DNA of 64,000 nt from Candidatus Omnitrophota bacterium (GTDB lineage Bacteria; Omnitrophota; Gorgyraeia; 2-01-FULL-45-10): NCBI GenBank assembly GCA_041650935.1, contig JBAZKH010000008.1, positions 8,825 through 72,824 on the forward strand. The letters run 5' to 3'. A program made the translations under genes and the position numbers. Below, one piece after another: positions 9,091-19,569 of the stretch (positions are counted from its first letter, which is position 1; each line of letters starts with the position of its first letter). Under the pieces are notes generated by a model. It was not told where the DNA came from, made no database searches, and was given only the letters and a program-made list of their open reading frames with translations.

Positions 9091-9687
9091 TCATTTTTTC
9101 TTCGTTATATTCTCTACCACCTCGTCGACTATACCGTATTGCCTGGCCTCCACTGCCGACATGAAATAATCCCTGTCGGTATCTTTCTGTATCTTATCAA
9201 GAGACTGTTTGGTATGTTTGACGAATATCTCCTCTATCTTCGTGCGCAGGTGAAGTATCTCTTTGGCCTGTATGCTTATATCGGCCGCCTGGCCCTGGAC
9301 CCCGCCCCACGGCTGATGGATCATGATCCGCGCATGCGGAAGCGCATAACGCTTACCCGCCGTGCCGGCGGCCAGAAGTACCGCACCCATGCTAGAAGCC
9401 TGCCCCACGCAGTATGTATTGACATCCGGTTTCACGAACTGGATGGTATCGTATATTGCCAGGCCGCTCGTGACTGAGCCGCCGGGCGTATTTATATAGA
9501 TGTTTATATCCTTCTCCGGATCTTCCATCTGCAGGAATAACAGCTGGGCTATGATCAGGTTCGAAACGATATCGTCTATAGGCGTGCCGATAAAAATTAT
9601 CCTGTCTTTCAAAAGGCGCGAGTATATATCATAAGCCCTCTCGCCCCTCCCGGTCGACTCTATTACCATAGGAACCAATACACTCAT
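9091..9687 (-). CDS. clpP: ATP-dependent Clp protease proteolytic subunit
   Basis: It has the ClpP catalytic motifs ([11 protein letters not shown]). The start [10 protein letters not shown] is preceded by AGGAGG. Confidence 0.9.
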   Translation of the reverse strand: MSVLVPMVIESTGRGERAYDIYSRLLKDRIIFIGTPIDDIVSNLIIAQLLFLQMEDPEKDINIYINTPGGSVTSGLAIYDTIQFVKPDVNTYCVGQASSMGAVLLAAGTAGKRYALPHARIMIHQPWGGVQGQAADISIQAKEILHLRTKIEEIFVKHTKQSLDKIQKDTDRDYFMSAVEARQYGIVDEVVENITKKK

Positions 9688-9834
9688 GGGAACCTCCTTT
9701 TTAAATGCCAAAGCTCAAATGTCAAATAAATCTCAAATTTTCAAATATTAACTATCCAAACTGATGTTTCGAGATTTGATATTTTGATTTTGAATTTCAT
9801 TTGTCATTTGGATTTTGTCATTTGTCATTACTAT

Positions 9835-11115
9835 CTAACCCTTCTCCGTCACTTCCGCGTTCGCGAGAAGGAACTGTATCACTTTTCCTTCTCTGATCTT
9901 AGCCTTAAGGTCCTCGACCATATCCTCTTTCTCATAAAAGCCGCGTACCTCATCCTCGCTCTTTCCACTACGCGCAGAGATGGCTTTATATGCTTCGACA
10001 AGATCCTTTTCACTTGCCGCGATCTTCTCCGCCTCGGCTATCGTATCGAGTATGAATAAAAGACGCACTTTCCGGACCGCTTCGTCTTTGAATTTTCCCC
10101 TCAGTTCTTCATTCTTTTTGTCAAGATCTTCTTTTTTAAATCCCTTCCTGAACAGCTGCTCCTTCGCGTCCTCGACCATGAAGTCGAGCTGCTTTGCCGT
10201 AAAACTCGCGGGAACAACAAATACATTATCGTCTATAAGCTTATTGAGGATCTGGTTCTCGAGAGCTATCTCGACGTTGGCTTTCGCGCGGGCTTCAAGC
10301 TCCCGCAATATTTCCGCCTTCAGGTCGGAGAGCTTCTCCTTTGCAAAAATCTTCGCGAATTCGTCGTTTAGGTCGGGCAGTTCCCGCCGCTTTATCTCCT
10401 TGGCCCTGATGTGGTATTTGGCGAGTTTTCCCGCAATCGTCTTGTCCGGGTGTTTTTCGGGAACGAGCGCTTCGATATCGCGTTCCTCGCCCTTATTCAT
10501 ACCTATCATCTTTTCGATAAGCACGGGAACGAGCGAATCTTTTTCGAGGAAGAGCCAGAGGTTCTGCCTCGTCTTGTGGGCGGGCTTTCCGTCTACCGAA
10601 CAGTCCAGATCGCTCACAACATAATCACCCATCTGCGCCGGCCTGTCTTCAACGGCAATGTACTTGGCATTCAGTTCGCGCAGGTTATTGAGCATCCTTT
10701 CGACTTCGTCATCGGCAACCCTGGGCTTGTTCTTTTCCACCTTAAGGCCCTTATAACTCTTTAACTTAAAGACAGGCCTGGTATCGACCTTTGCGCTAAA
10801 CGAGAGCGCGGTCTTGCCTTCGAATTTCACATCGCTTATCTCGGGCAATGCAGCCGGCAATATCTTATGTTCGACAACAGCGTCCCTGTAGGCTTCCGGG
10901 ATGAGACGTTTCAGGGCCTCTTCACTGGCGCTCTTGCCATAGTGCTTTTCCACCAGTTCTCGAGGCGCCCTGCCTGTCCTGAACCCCGGGATATTGGCAT
11001 ATTTCGTAATCTCGTCATAGACTTCGTCGAAAGCCTTCTCGATATTTTCCTGCGATACCGTGATCTCGAGAAGTAAAGCGCATTCCCCGATAGATTTTAT
11101 CTTTGATCCCACCAT
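9835..11115 (-). CDS. tig: trigger factor
   Basis: The 426-aa protein has trigger-factor architecture and lies immediately upstream of clpP. Confidence 0.85.
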   Translation of the reverse strand: MVGSKIKSIGECALLLEITVSQENIEKAFDEVYDEITKYANIPGFRTGRAPRELVEKHYGKSASEEALKRLIPEAYRDAVVEHKILPAALPEISDVKFEGKTALSFSAKVDTRPVFKLKSYKGLKVEKNKPRVADDEVERMLNNLRELNAKYIAVEDRPAQMGDYVVSDLDCSVDGKPAHKTRQNLWLFLEKDSLVPVLIEKMIGMNKGEERDIEALVPEKHPDKTIAGKLAKYHIRAKEIKRRELPDLNDEFAKIFAKEKLSDLKAEILRELEARAKANVEIALENQILNKLIDDNVFVVPASFTAKQLDFMVEDAKEQLFRKGFKKEDLDKKNEELRGKFKDEAVRKVRLLFILDTIAEAEKIAASEKDLVEAYKAISARSGKSEDEVRGFYEKEDMVEDLKAKIREGKVIQFLLANAEVTEKG

Positions 11116-11162
11116 TACTCCTTATTTTTCAAAAAAAAGATTATAGCATAATTGTTAAAAAA

Positions 11163-11885
11163 TTACATAGTGAATTTTTCACCGAGGTATATCTCGCGGG
11201 CTCTGGGATTCGATATGAGGTCCTCTTTGGGGCCGGATATCAGTATCTTTCCGTCGGCCATGAGGTAGGAACGATCCGTTATCGTCAGCGTCTCCCTTAC
11301 GTTATGGTCGGTCAAAAGGATGCCAAGCCCTTTGTTCCTGAGCTCCTTTATTATCTCCTGGCATTCCGCTACGGCTATAGGATCTATACCGCTGAAAGGC
11401 TCGTCAAGAAGGATGAACATCGGGTTCGTCACAAGCGCGCGCGTTATCTCCACCCTCCTCTTTTCACCTCCGGAAAGCGTATAAGCCTTGTTCCTGCGCA
11501 GATGCGCTATCTTAAGCTCGTTTAAGAGTTCGTCGCATCTTCTTCTGCGCTCCCTCGGGCAAAAACCGAGCGTCTCCAGGACGGCCATTATATTCTCCTC
11601 GACCGTGAGCTTGCGGAATATCGACGGTTCCTGTGAAAGATAGCCGATCCCGCACCTGGCGCGCGCGTGAAGCGGCATAGAGGTGATATCGCGTTTATCG
11701 AAGACGATCCGCCCCATATCGGGCTTGACTATTCCGGTAATCATGTAAAATGTCGTCGTCTTGCCGGCGCCGTTCGGGCCCAACAGTCCCACGACTTCGC
11801 CGCGCTTGACGTTTATATCTACGGAATTCACGACGCGTCTGGGGCCGTAAATCTTCACAAGTCCTGTTGTCTCTAGTAAATGCAT
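11163..11885 (-). CDS. lptB: LPS export ABC transporter ATP-binding protein
   Basis: It has Walker A (GPNGAGKTT), the signature LSGGEKRRVEI and Walker B motifs. The start is MHLLETTGLVKIY. Confidence 0.8.
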   Translation of the reverse strand: MHLLETTGLVKIYGPRRVVNSVDINVKRGEVVGLLGPNGAGKTTTFYMITGIVKPDMGRIVFDKRDITSMPLHARARCGIGYLSQEPSIFRKLTVEENIMAVLETLGFCPRERRRRCDELLNELKIAHLRRNKAYTLSGGEKRRVEITRALVTNPMFILLDEPFSGIDPIAVAECQEIIKELRNKGLGILLTDHNVRETLTITDRSYLMADGKILISGPKEDLISNPRAREIYLGEKFTM

Positions 11886-11892
11886 CCTCTTC

Positions 11893-12726
11893 TCATTTTT
11901 TATCCAGGGACAGAAAGTCGTCCTGAGCCTTGCCTTCCTGGTACAGGACAAGTTTGGGCTGTCCGGCCAGGATTATCTTCTTCTCTGTGGCAAGATATGT
12001 CGCCTTTTCACTGAAGGTCATATTCTCGCCGCGCTGAATTTTTACGCTGCCTTCGCAAACTATCGTCTTCACCGTCTTAGTCTCGGGATCGAGATAGACC
12101 GTGATCTTGTCAGCATCTATCGTACCTTCATCGTTTATAACATGGACATTCTTATTGAAGTATCCTTCGCCTTTTTCATAATTAAATTCAACCTCCGCAT
12201 CGCAGGTAATAATCGTCTTTGTCATCCTGGATTTATCCGCGGCGCGCGGCGGCCTCTCGGTTTTAGGCGAGCTTTCGACTACAAGCGGGAGGGCGATGAT
12301 ATCCCCGGAACTTTTAGGGGTATTCTCTATGACCGCCTTGACATTCTGTTCCAGCCTGACATTATTTTTAGACTTTGTATACAATCCCGTATCAGCCGTT
12401 ATCGTTGCGTTGGAATCCTTGCCGTAGGTAGCAGCCGTAATATTATTAATCCTTACCTCATCCTCGGAGAGCGACTCCGCCGACTGCCCCTTGACGTCCC
12501 ACTTCTTCGAGCCGTCATCCGCCAGTCCCTCAAGGTCGAAGGCCGTAACCGCATGCTTTACCTGGTCCGTCGTCGCGGCACTTTCGCCGGGCGCTGCCGG
12601 AGAATCCGACGAAACGCCTGCCGCCGGCTTTACCGTCTCTACGGCCTGCGCAACCGCTTCTCTCTTCCCGCAACCCGTGACGGCAAAACTAAGTATCACT
12701 GCCGCAATTATAAAAATATTTTTCAT
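11893..12726 (-). CDS. OstA-like LPS transport periplasmic protein (LptC/LptA-family lipoprotein)
   Basis: It has a lipobox (VTGC) and an OstA/LptA-like beta-jellyroll C-terminal region. It lies directly upstream of lptB. Confidence 0.55.
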   Translation of the reverse strand: MKNIFIIAAVILSFAVTGCGKREAVAQAVETVKPAAGVSSDSPAAPGESAATTDQVKHAVTAFDLEGLADDGSKKWDVKGQSAESLSEDEVRINNITAATYGKDSNATITADTGLYTKSKNNVRLEQNVKAVIENTPKSSGDIIALPLVVESSPKTERPPRAADKSRMTKTIITCDAEVEFNYEKGEGYFNKNVHVINDEGTIDADKITVYLDPETKTVKTIVCEGSVKIQRGENMTFSEKATYLATEKKIILAGQPKLVLYQEGKAQDDFLSLDKK

Positions 12727-12732
12727 ATGTTT

Positions 12733-13635
12733 TTAATTTTGATTTTTACGTTTTTTTGTCTTCCACCTGCGATGCATCCATACCCACTGATCGGGATACC
12801 GCCTGACGTATGATTCTACCACATTTGACCATTTCTGGGTATTGGAAATTAGATCCGCCTCTTTATTCCCGGTATCGACAAGTTCGACCGGTTCCTCTAT
12901 CGCTATCGTATGCCGCGCGCCCTCTCTTACGATGAAGACGGGAAGGAGGGCGGCGCCGCTTGCCCTTGCAAGCACAACCGGCCCGGAAGGCGTATATGCC
13001 TGGGCGCCGAAAAAATCGACAAAGACACCGTCGACGGAATCGACGTCCTGGTCGGCCACTATGCCCACGATCCAGTTCCGCTTTAACGTCTTCAGCATCT
13101 TCCTGGGCGACTCGTCGCGGTAGATGACTTCGACATCGCGCGATTTCCGCAGCTGATTCAAGAAATCGTCGTACTTTTTGAAGTATATCCGCCTGCCTAT
13201 CGTAACGCCGGGGCAGTCGTTCTCCCTGAGGGCGGCGGCCATAAGCTCCCAGCTTCCGAAATGGGCAGTCAACACAATTACGCCCCGCCCTTTTGCGTAC
13301 GCCGCATCGAGCCGTTCGCGGTTCCTAAAACCCACGAGACGATCCATCCTCGGCTTATCGAACCGCGGCAGGTTCACAAGCTCAACGGCATTCTTGCCGA
13401 GATTCTGAAAAACGCGCCTGGCTATCGCGTTAAGCTCGGTATCCGATTTTTCGGTGCCGAATACTGTCTTCAGGTTATCTATGGTAAGGCGTCTGTAACG
13501 CGGAAGCATATGGAAGGCGATCGTCCCAAATACGGACGCGAGCGCCAACCCGGTTTGCAGAGGGATTAACGTAAAGACAAAAGCGACGGCCCGGCCGATA
13601 TAATAAAGGTAGTAACGCCTTAATTTGAATTTCAT
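12733..13635 (-). CDS. lipid A biosynthesis (Kdo2-lipid IVA) acyltransferase, LpxL/LpxM family
   Basis: It has an N-terminal TM segment and an HFGSWE (HX4E) acyltransferase motif. Confidence 0.75.
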   Translation of the reverse strand: MKFKLRRYYLYYIGRAVAFVFTLIPLQTGLALASVFGTIAFHMLPRYRRLTIDNLKTVFGTEKSDTELNAIARRVFQNLGKNAVELVNLPRFDKPRMDRLVGFRNRERLDAAYAKGRGVIVLTAHFGSWELMAAALRENDCPGVTIGRRIYFKKYDDFLNQLRKSRDVEVIYRDESPRKMLKTLKRNWIVGIVADQDVDSVDGVFVDFFGAQAYTPSGPVVLARASGAALLPVFIVREGARHTIAIEEPVELVDTGNKEADLISNTQKWSNVVESYVRRYPDQWVWMHRRWKTKKRKNQN

Positions 13636-13678
13636 GATGTACGGTTATGCTTAGAACTCGCGTGCAATCAATTATACC

Positions 13679-16600
13679 TCATCTTGTTACTGTAATAGTA
13701 ACAACTTCCTCATCGGTAGCATCCATGATATCGCTGACCCGGAACTTGACATTGTAAGTGCCTACCTGATTTTTATTAGGCTTCCACGAAAAAACTCCGC
13801 TTAAGCTCATCCGAGGCGCCCCGAACGGCGCATTAATAACGTTGAACTTCAAATTATTCAGGTCGATAGGATCAGGATCGGTGGCGCTAAGCCTGATTGA
13901 CAGCTTTTCCCCGATCAATACCGCCTTGGGCCCTATCGGATTCAACACCGGCGGAGAATTCGGCACTTTTATCGTTATCGTTTCCGAAGACTGATTATTC
14001 TTTGAGTCTTTGGCCACAAAAAGCACCTTGAAATTTCCCACTTGGTACTTTGTGGGGCACCATGAAAATGCACCTGTCTGGCTATTCATATTGGCATTCG
14101 ATGGAGCATTATACATCTGATACGACACGGCATCGCCGTCCGGATCGGTAGCTTTTACCGTAAACTTGAGCGTCTCGCCCCTGTTGACGTTTTTATCACC
14201 TATGGGCGTTATTGCGGGAGAACCGTTCACGTTATTTACGGTTAAGATAACCTTTTCGGAATCGGTAAACGTGCCGTCTGAAGCTTTAAACGTCACATTA
14301 TAAATTCCCGCCTGCGTATAGCTTGGAGTCCAACCGAACACAGCCGCGCTCGAGCCGCCGAATATCGATTGACGTATCCCCAGTAGTCTAGCTCCGGCGG
14401 GCATGTTATCCACCGAAAATTGGAGCGCAGTTCCCTCGGGATCGGTAGCCGCGATCCTGAAGGTGAGAGATTTTCCTTCATCGATACTCTTGTTACCTAT
14501 GGGGGCTAAGAATGGCGGCAGTCCTTTATAACCATACCATCCCGTTAACTGAGGATCGTGGTGGAATGAGGGCCATGGCATTGGATTGAACGTGATACCG
14601 CTTTGCGCCGTACCGGGAATAAAGATCTCACCGTTTTTATCAATGCAATAAAGTTCGCCGTCGGTTCCATATCTAGTGCCAATCAATACCTCTAAATTAC
14701 CGTCACCATCCAGATCCGCCACTGCAGGGGTAGGCATAGGCGGGTAATAAGGCTGGAGTAGCGCCGTGTCGATGGCGCGCATCCATTTCCCCTGACCGTT
14801 CTTATCGATACAGCAAAGGTATACATTGTCATTCGAAAGACCGGTAAACAGTATCTCTGAAGAGCCGTCGCCGTCCATATCCGCGATTACAGCCGATGAA
14901 AGATCGATATAGCCAATCTTATATTCCCACTTCTTGCTGCCGTCTTTATTAAGGCAGTAAAGGCTACCCTGCACACTTGTTATTATTTCCAGCGAACCGT
15001 CTCCGTCCAAGTCCGCCACCGCCGGGCAATCGGAGACGCTCTCTTCTATATGGGTAAGCTTCTGGTCGGGATACGGATCATATACCCAACGCACACTTCC
15101 ATCATTAGCAAGACAGTACAGCTTTCTGCTCATGGAACCTACTATTATCTCGATTTTACCGTCACCGTCTAAATCGGCTGCGACCGAAGGGCTGCAGGGA
15201 GCGATTGTCTGCTGCTGCCATACCAATCCGCCATCCTTATTTATACAGTAAATCCCGTTACCGTTTACGGTGCTAACACTCACTATAATTTCCAATTTGC
15301 CGTCGTCGTTTACATCCGCTACCGTAGGCAATAAGAAAAGACTCCCATCAAGCCCTACCGTATGTTTCCATACAAGCTGCCCATCCTTATTCAAGCAGTG
15401 TATATCCGAGCCCGCGCACAATATTATCTCCTTGCTTCCATTTCCATCCAAATCCGCCATTACCGGCGACGCACAGTCCGTCTGTCCTGTGCTGTATTCC
15501 CATCTTTTCTCTCCATTAGCGGTAATGCAATAGATCCGCCCTGCACTGCCGGCGACAACAAGCACATCTCTTGCCGGAGGAGTAGCTCCCCTCCCGTTTA
15601 AATCCGTAACTACCGGCGATGAGCCCATAAGGAAACAATTAGGGTTTGAGCCTATAGATACAGACGGGCCTTCGGTCTGATATTCCCATATTTTTTTTCC
15701 TGCCTTATCAAGGCAGTAAAGCTTTCCTTCGTAAAATGTGCCGAATAATACTTCGAGAGCGCCATCCACATTTAAATCGGCTATAACCGGGGACATAGCG
15801 ATACTGTCGCCGGAACGGAACGGCCATCCCCAATGCGCGTAAACCGAATCATAGGCGGTATAGTTCGAAGAGTGCACTCCAAGACGTAATATATAATCGC
15901 CCCAAAGACCTTCGGCATCCCATGTACCCAGCGTTCCTTGTTCGACCGCGGAAAAACCTTCACTAATGGGGATCCAACTACCGTATGTCGTTTGGCCGCT
16001 TATAAGAATCTTTTTCTGACGATACTCTAATTCGTAATACCCAAAAGACTCCGCCGTCGCTGTGCCTTCTATGGTAACGTTATCGGTAAGGTACGACGCG
16101 CCTGATGCCGGAAATGTTATATCGGCCGTAGCAGCGGCAGGCGGGGTTACGATATTCATCGCGGCATGGGCGTTTATTCGTCCATATCCCAGCTCGGGGA
16201 TCCCTAAATCATCCGCGGAGACCTGTATAGTCCTCCTGATAACGTTATTTGTAAATTCCGGATGCTTCGATAGTATAAGCGCGGCTAGGCCGGCTACGTG
16301 CGGACATGCCATACTTGTCCCCTTGCACCTGAAATACCCGGCGTTTGAATCTCCGCGCGGCACAAAATAAATACCGCCGCCATACATATCCGTCCCGGCG
16401 GCTCTCAAAGAAAGAATATCGATTCCCGGCGCGGAAACATCTATTTTAGACCCCCAGTTCGAAAACGAAGCTTTTTTGTCATTGACATCCGTTGCGGCAA
16501 CGGCCATTACCGTATCGATGCCGGCGGGAATAAAAGTACTTGCGTCCGCGTTGTCGTTTCCGGCCGCGACAACACATACACAACCTTTCGAATCGGCATA

Positions 16601-17713
16601 GTGAAAAGCGTCTGTTAAAATCTGGCTGGGATCCGGGCCGCCCCACGAAGCACTGATTATGCCTGCGCCGTTATTGGCCGCGTAATAGATACAATCCGCA
16701 AGACTGGTGTCGTACCCGTCTCCATTATCATCCAATCCTTTTAACGCCATAACCTTCGCTTTCGGCGCTACTCCGATTATACCTACATTATTGTTCCCGA
16801 CAGCGGCAATCGTACCCGCGCAGTGTGTCCCATGGCCATAGTTATCCAAAGGGTCATTATCATTATAAGCAAAGTCCCAGCCTCTTATATCATCGACATA
16901 ACCGTTCCCATCATCATCAACGCCTGCAGCGCCATTCAACTCCGCCTTGTTTATCCATATATTCGCGGCTAAATCCGGGTGATTATAATCCACTCCCGTA
17001 TCTATAACAGCCGCCACCGCGCCTTCTCCCTGCGATATATCCCACGCCGCTTCGCACTGCATCTTCTTCAAACCCCACAGGTCGTCATAAGACTGCCCCC
17101 AGCTTCCGCGTGATAAATAATAAAGGTCGTTAGGGACCATTTGAGCCCTACGGATATAGTTAGGCTCGGCGTATTCTACGTTAGGATCCTCTTTAAGGCT
17201 ATTACAGGTAGTCAAAACATCCGCGGTTGTCTTCAGCACGTAAACAGAAAAAAGATCTCCGGCTGCTTCCGACGACGCTGCCGAAGCGGTAGATAGGGCT
17301 GCCTTACCGCTCGCCGTAATTGCCGCGGCCTTTTCGGCCAGTTTGGCCTGGCTTAAATTACGGGGTTTTAACTGATTGTGAAGGGACTGGAACACCGGCC
17401 TTTCTTCTTTCAAATTATACTTGGCTTTCAGGCCTGAAAGAAGACTCGTATCGCCGCTCGATCTTGCGGCATAGGTCATAGTATATAGCGTTTTTGACGG
17501 CTCTTTATGTTTAAGTTTTACGATAATTTCGTTAGCGGCAAAGTTTTGGGTTTTGGCAGTAGTCTGGTTATTCTGGCTAACGCTATTCGATGCCCTTTTG
17601 GCAACCGTTCCATCTTTACCCAGCATAACCGCACCGGCGGTCCCTATAAAAGACAACAAAACTACCAGGCAAAGCTGAAAAATGACAAATTTCAGAATAT
17701 TTTTTGTTTTCAT
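13679..17713 (-). CDS. secreted S8 subtilisin-family peptidase with an 8-bladed FG-GAP beta-propeller and tandem Ig/cadherin-like domains
   Basis: It has a signal peptide and an I9-like propeptide. The catalytic residues are D (AVIDTGVD), H (HGTHCAGT) and S (GTSMACPH). Eight xADLDGDGxxE FG-GAP repeats and four or more C-terminal Ig-like repeats follow. Confidence 0.85.
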   Translation of the reverse strand: MKTKNILKFVIFQLCLVVLLSFIGTAGAVMLGKDGTVAKRASNSVSQNNQTTAKTQNFAANEIIVKLKHKEPSKTLYTMTYAARSSGDTSLLSGLKAKYNLKEERPVFQSLHNQLKPRNLSQAKLAEKAAAITASGKAALSTASAASSEAAGDLFSVYVLKTTADVLTTCNSLKEDPNVEYAEPNYIRRAQMVPNDLYYLSRGSWGQSYDDLWGLKKMQCEAAWDISQGEGAVAAVIDTGVDYNHPDLAANIWINKAELNGAAGVDDDGNGYVDDIRGWDFAYNDNDPLDNYGHGTHCAGTIAAVGNNNVGIIGVAPKAKVMALKGLDDNGDGYDTSLADCIYYAANNGAGIISASWGGPDPSQILTDAFHYADSKGCVCVVAAGNDNADASTFIPAGIDTVMAVAATDVNDKKASFSNWGSKIDVSAPGIDILSLRAAGTDMYGGGIYFVPRGDSNAGYFRCKGTSMACPHVAGLAALILSKHPEFTNNVIRRTIQVSADDLGIPELGYGRINAHAAMNIVTPPAAATADITFPASGASYLTDNVTIEGTATAESFGYYELEYRQKKILISGQTTYGSWIPISEGFSAVEQGTLGTWDAEGLWGDYILRLGVHSSNYTAYDSVYAHWGWPFRSGDSIAMSPVIADLNVDGALEVLFGTFYEGKLYCLDKAGKKIWEYQTEGPSVSIGSNPNCFLMGSSPVVTDLNGRGATPPARDVLVVAGSAGRIYCITANGEKRWEYSTGQTDCASPVMADLDGNGSKEIILCAGSDIHCLNKDGQLVWKHTVGLDGSLFLLPTVADVNDDGKLEIIVSVSTVNGNGIYCINKDGGLVWQQQTIAPCSPSVAADLDGDGKIEIIVGSMSRKLYCLANDGSVRWVYDPYPDQKLTHIEESVSDCPAVADLDGDGSLEIITSVQGSLYCLNKDGSKKWEYKIGYIDLSSAVIADMDGDGSSEILFTGLSNDNVYLCCIDKNGQGKWMRAIDTALLQPYYPPMPTPAVADLDGDGNLEVLIGTRYGTDGELYCIDKNGEIFIPGTAQSGITFNPMPWPSFHHDPQLTGWYGYKGLPPFLAPIGNKSIDEGKSLTFRIAATDPEGTALQFSVDNMPAGARLLGIRQSIFGGSSAAVFGWTPSYTQAGIYNVTFKASDGTFTDSEKVILTVNNVNGSPAITPIGDKNVNRGETLKFTVKATDPDGDAVSYQMYNAPSNANMNSQTGAFSWCPTKYQVGNFKVLFVAKDSKNNQSSETITIKVPNSPPVLNPIGPKAVLIGEKLSIRLSATDPDPIDLNNLKFNVINAPFGAPRMSLSGVFSWKPNKNQVGTYNVKFRVSDIMDATDEEVVTITVTR

Positions 17714-18036
17714 TTTACCCTCCCGGGAGACCTGCTTTAACAGACGTTAAAAACAATTTTGCATACGCAATTCAAATGAAGCTCTCCGGCCTAAAGGCCG
17801 GAGTTTCCATTAGCCTGTTGGCGGAATTCTCCGAAGCAGAAAACCCTGTAATTCGACGTTCGTCACCGCCGCGACCTCACGCATTCATCTTTGAGCTTGA
17901 AAGCTCGGGGTTTTCTGCGAAGGAGGATAGATCTAATGTCTTCTACTGTATAACAATTATATAGCATAACGAAAGAGCTGGCAAGGCCAAATAGCTTAAT
18001 TTTTTATGCCTTAACAAAAAATTAGGAATATATCTT

Positions 18037-18567
18037 TTATTGGAAATACTCCGACGTAACTTCGTCCCACTTGTTCTGGGACTTGAGGATAATATCGCAG
18101 ATCTCGCGTACGGCGCCGCGGCCGCCTTTATTGACAGTGACGTAATGCGCGCAGGACTTTACCTCTTCGACCGCGTTAGAAACCGCGACGGCAAGGCCCA
18201 CGCGTTTCAATACGGGCAAATCTATGAGATCGTCTCCCATAAAACAGACCTCCGCCGCGGTAACGTTGAAACGCTTCAAAAGATCGTTAAAAGGCGTGAG
18301 CTTGTCCAGAAAACCCTGGTAGGCCCGCGCAACCCTGAGATCACGCGCCCTGTGTTTCACGATCTTCGATTTCTTCGCGGTGATTATAATCGTCCTCACC
18401 CCGCCCGTGGCCAGGAGAGTTATGCCGAAACCGTCCTGCACGTCGAAAAACTTCAGCTCTTCGCCGTAGCCGCTATATACTATGCGGCCGTCCGTCATAA
18501 CGCCGTCTATGTCAACGACAAGCATCTTTATACATTTTGCTTTCTCTAGAACGCTCTGATCTATCAT
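18037..18567 (-). CDS. kdsC: 3-deoxy-D-manno-octulosonate 8-phosphate phosphatase (HAD family)
   Basis: It has the VVDIDGVMTDG HAD motif, a length of 176 aa, and kds-operon context. Confidence 0.8.
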   Translation of the reverse strand: MIDQSVLEKAKCIKMLVVDIDGVMTDGRIVYSGYGEELKFFDVQDGFGITLLATGGVRTIIITAKKSKIVKHRARDLRVARAYQGFLDKLTPFNDLLKRFNVTAAEVCFMGDDLIDLPVLKRVGLAVAVSNAVEEVKSCAHYVTVNKGGRGAVREICDIILKSQNKWDEVTSEYFQ

Positions 18568-18606
18568 CTTTTTCGTCTTTCACCTTTCACGATATACGAA
18601 CAAGGA

Positions 18607-19566
18607 CTATACAAGCCCTGCCTTTAAAAGATCCTGGACATCCAGCAAGCCTACGGGGCGGCCCTTGCCGTCAACGACCGGAAGCTCGTCTATCTTCTTC
18701 GACCGGAGTATGTCAAAGGCCTCTGCGGCGAGCCTCTCCGCCCGTATGGTCGAGGGATTCCGCGTCATCACGTCCCGCACTCTCTTTTCGATCAGCCGCG
18801 GCTCGGTCTCGAGATGGCGCCTCAGGTCGCCGTCGGTAAATATCCCGACGAGCCGGCCTCTGGAATCGACAACGCCCGCCGAGCCCGCGCGCGCCTTAGT
18901 TATGGCAAGCAGTACCCGCTTTACGGGCGTATTCTCTTTCACTACCGGGTTCGCGGAACCGCTTCTCATAATATCGCCGACCTTGAGTATGAGACGCTTA
19001 CCGAGTATCCCGCCGGGATGGAAAAACGCAAAGTCCCTCTCCTTAAAACCTTTCTTCTCCAGAAGCGCCACGGCCAACGCATCGCCCATTGCGAGCATAG
19101 CCGTCGTAGATGCGGTGGGCGCGAGCCCCAGCGAACAGGCCTCCTTCTTTACGGAGACATCGATGGAAAAGTCCGCGAATCTTCCCAGGCTCGACTTAAC
19201 ATTGCCCGTAATGGCAACGAGCCTGGCCCCCATCTTCTTTATAATGGGCAGAAACTTCACGATCTCTTCGGTCTCACCGCTATTAGAGAGCGCGAGTATA
19301 AGGTCGTCCTTCGTCACGCGGCCGAGGTCGCCGTGGAGCGCCTCCGCCGGATGAAGGTATAGAGACGGTGTCCCTGTGGATGAGAGCGTCGCGGATATCT
19401 TCTGCGCGATGAAACCGGGTTTGCCCATCCCTGTGACTATAACGCGTCCCCTGATCCTGCAGATAACATTTACTATCCTGTCAAAATCAGGGCCCACCCT
19501 CGACACAAGACTTGAGAGCGCATCGCGTTCTATCTTAAGCACTTCTCTCGCTATATTTTTTGACAT
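18607..19566 (-). CDS. kdsD: arabinose 5-phosphate isomerase (SIS domain plus two CBS domains)
   Basis: It has the SIS domain (VIVTGMGKPG) followed by tandem CBS domains. Confidence 0.85.
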   Translation of the reverse strand: MSKNIAREVLKIERDALSSLVSRVGPDFDRIVNVICRIRGRVIVTGMGKPGFIAQKISATLSSTGTPSLYLHPAEALHGDLGRVTKDDLILALSNSGETEEIVKFLPIIKKMGARLVAITGNVKSSLGRFADFSIDVSVKKEACSLGLAPTASTTAMLAMGDALAVALLEKKGFKERDFAFFHPGGILGKRLILKVGDIMRSGSANPVVKENTPVKRVLLAITKARAGSAGVVDSRGRLVGIFTDGDLRRHLETEPRLIEKRVRDVMTRNPSTIRAERLAAEAFDILRSKKIDELPVVDGKGRPVGLLDVQDLLKAGLV

Positions 19567-19569
19567 ATA

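Noticed and set aside
14293-14481. 62-aa minus-strand ORF inside the S8 protease gene
   Set aside because: It is an out-of-frame overlap within a long, well-supported CDS and has no independent signals.
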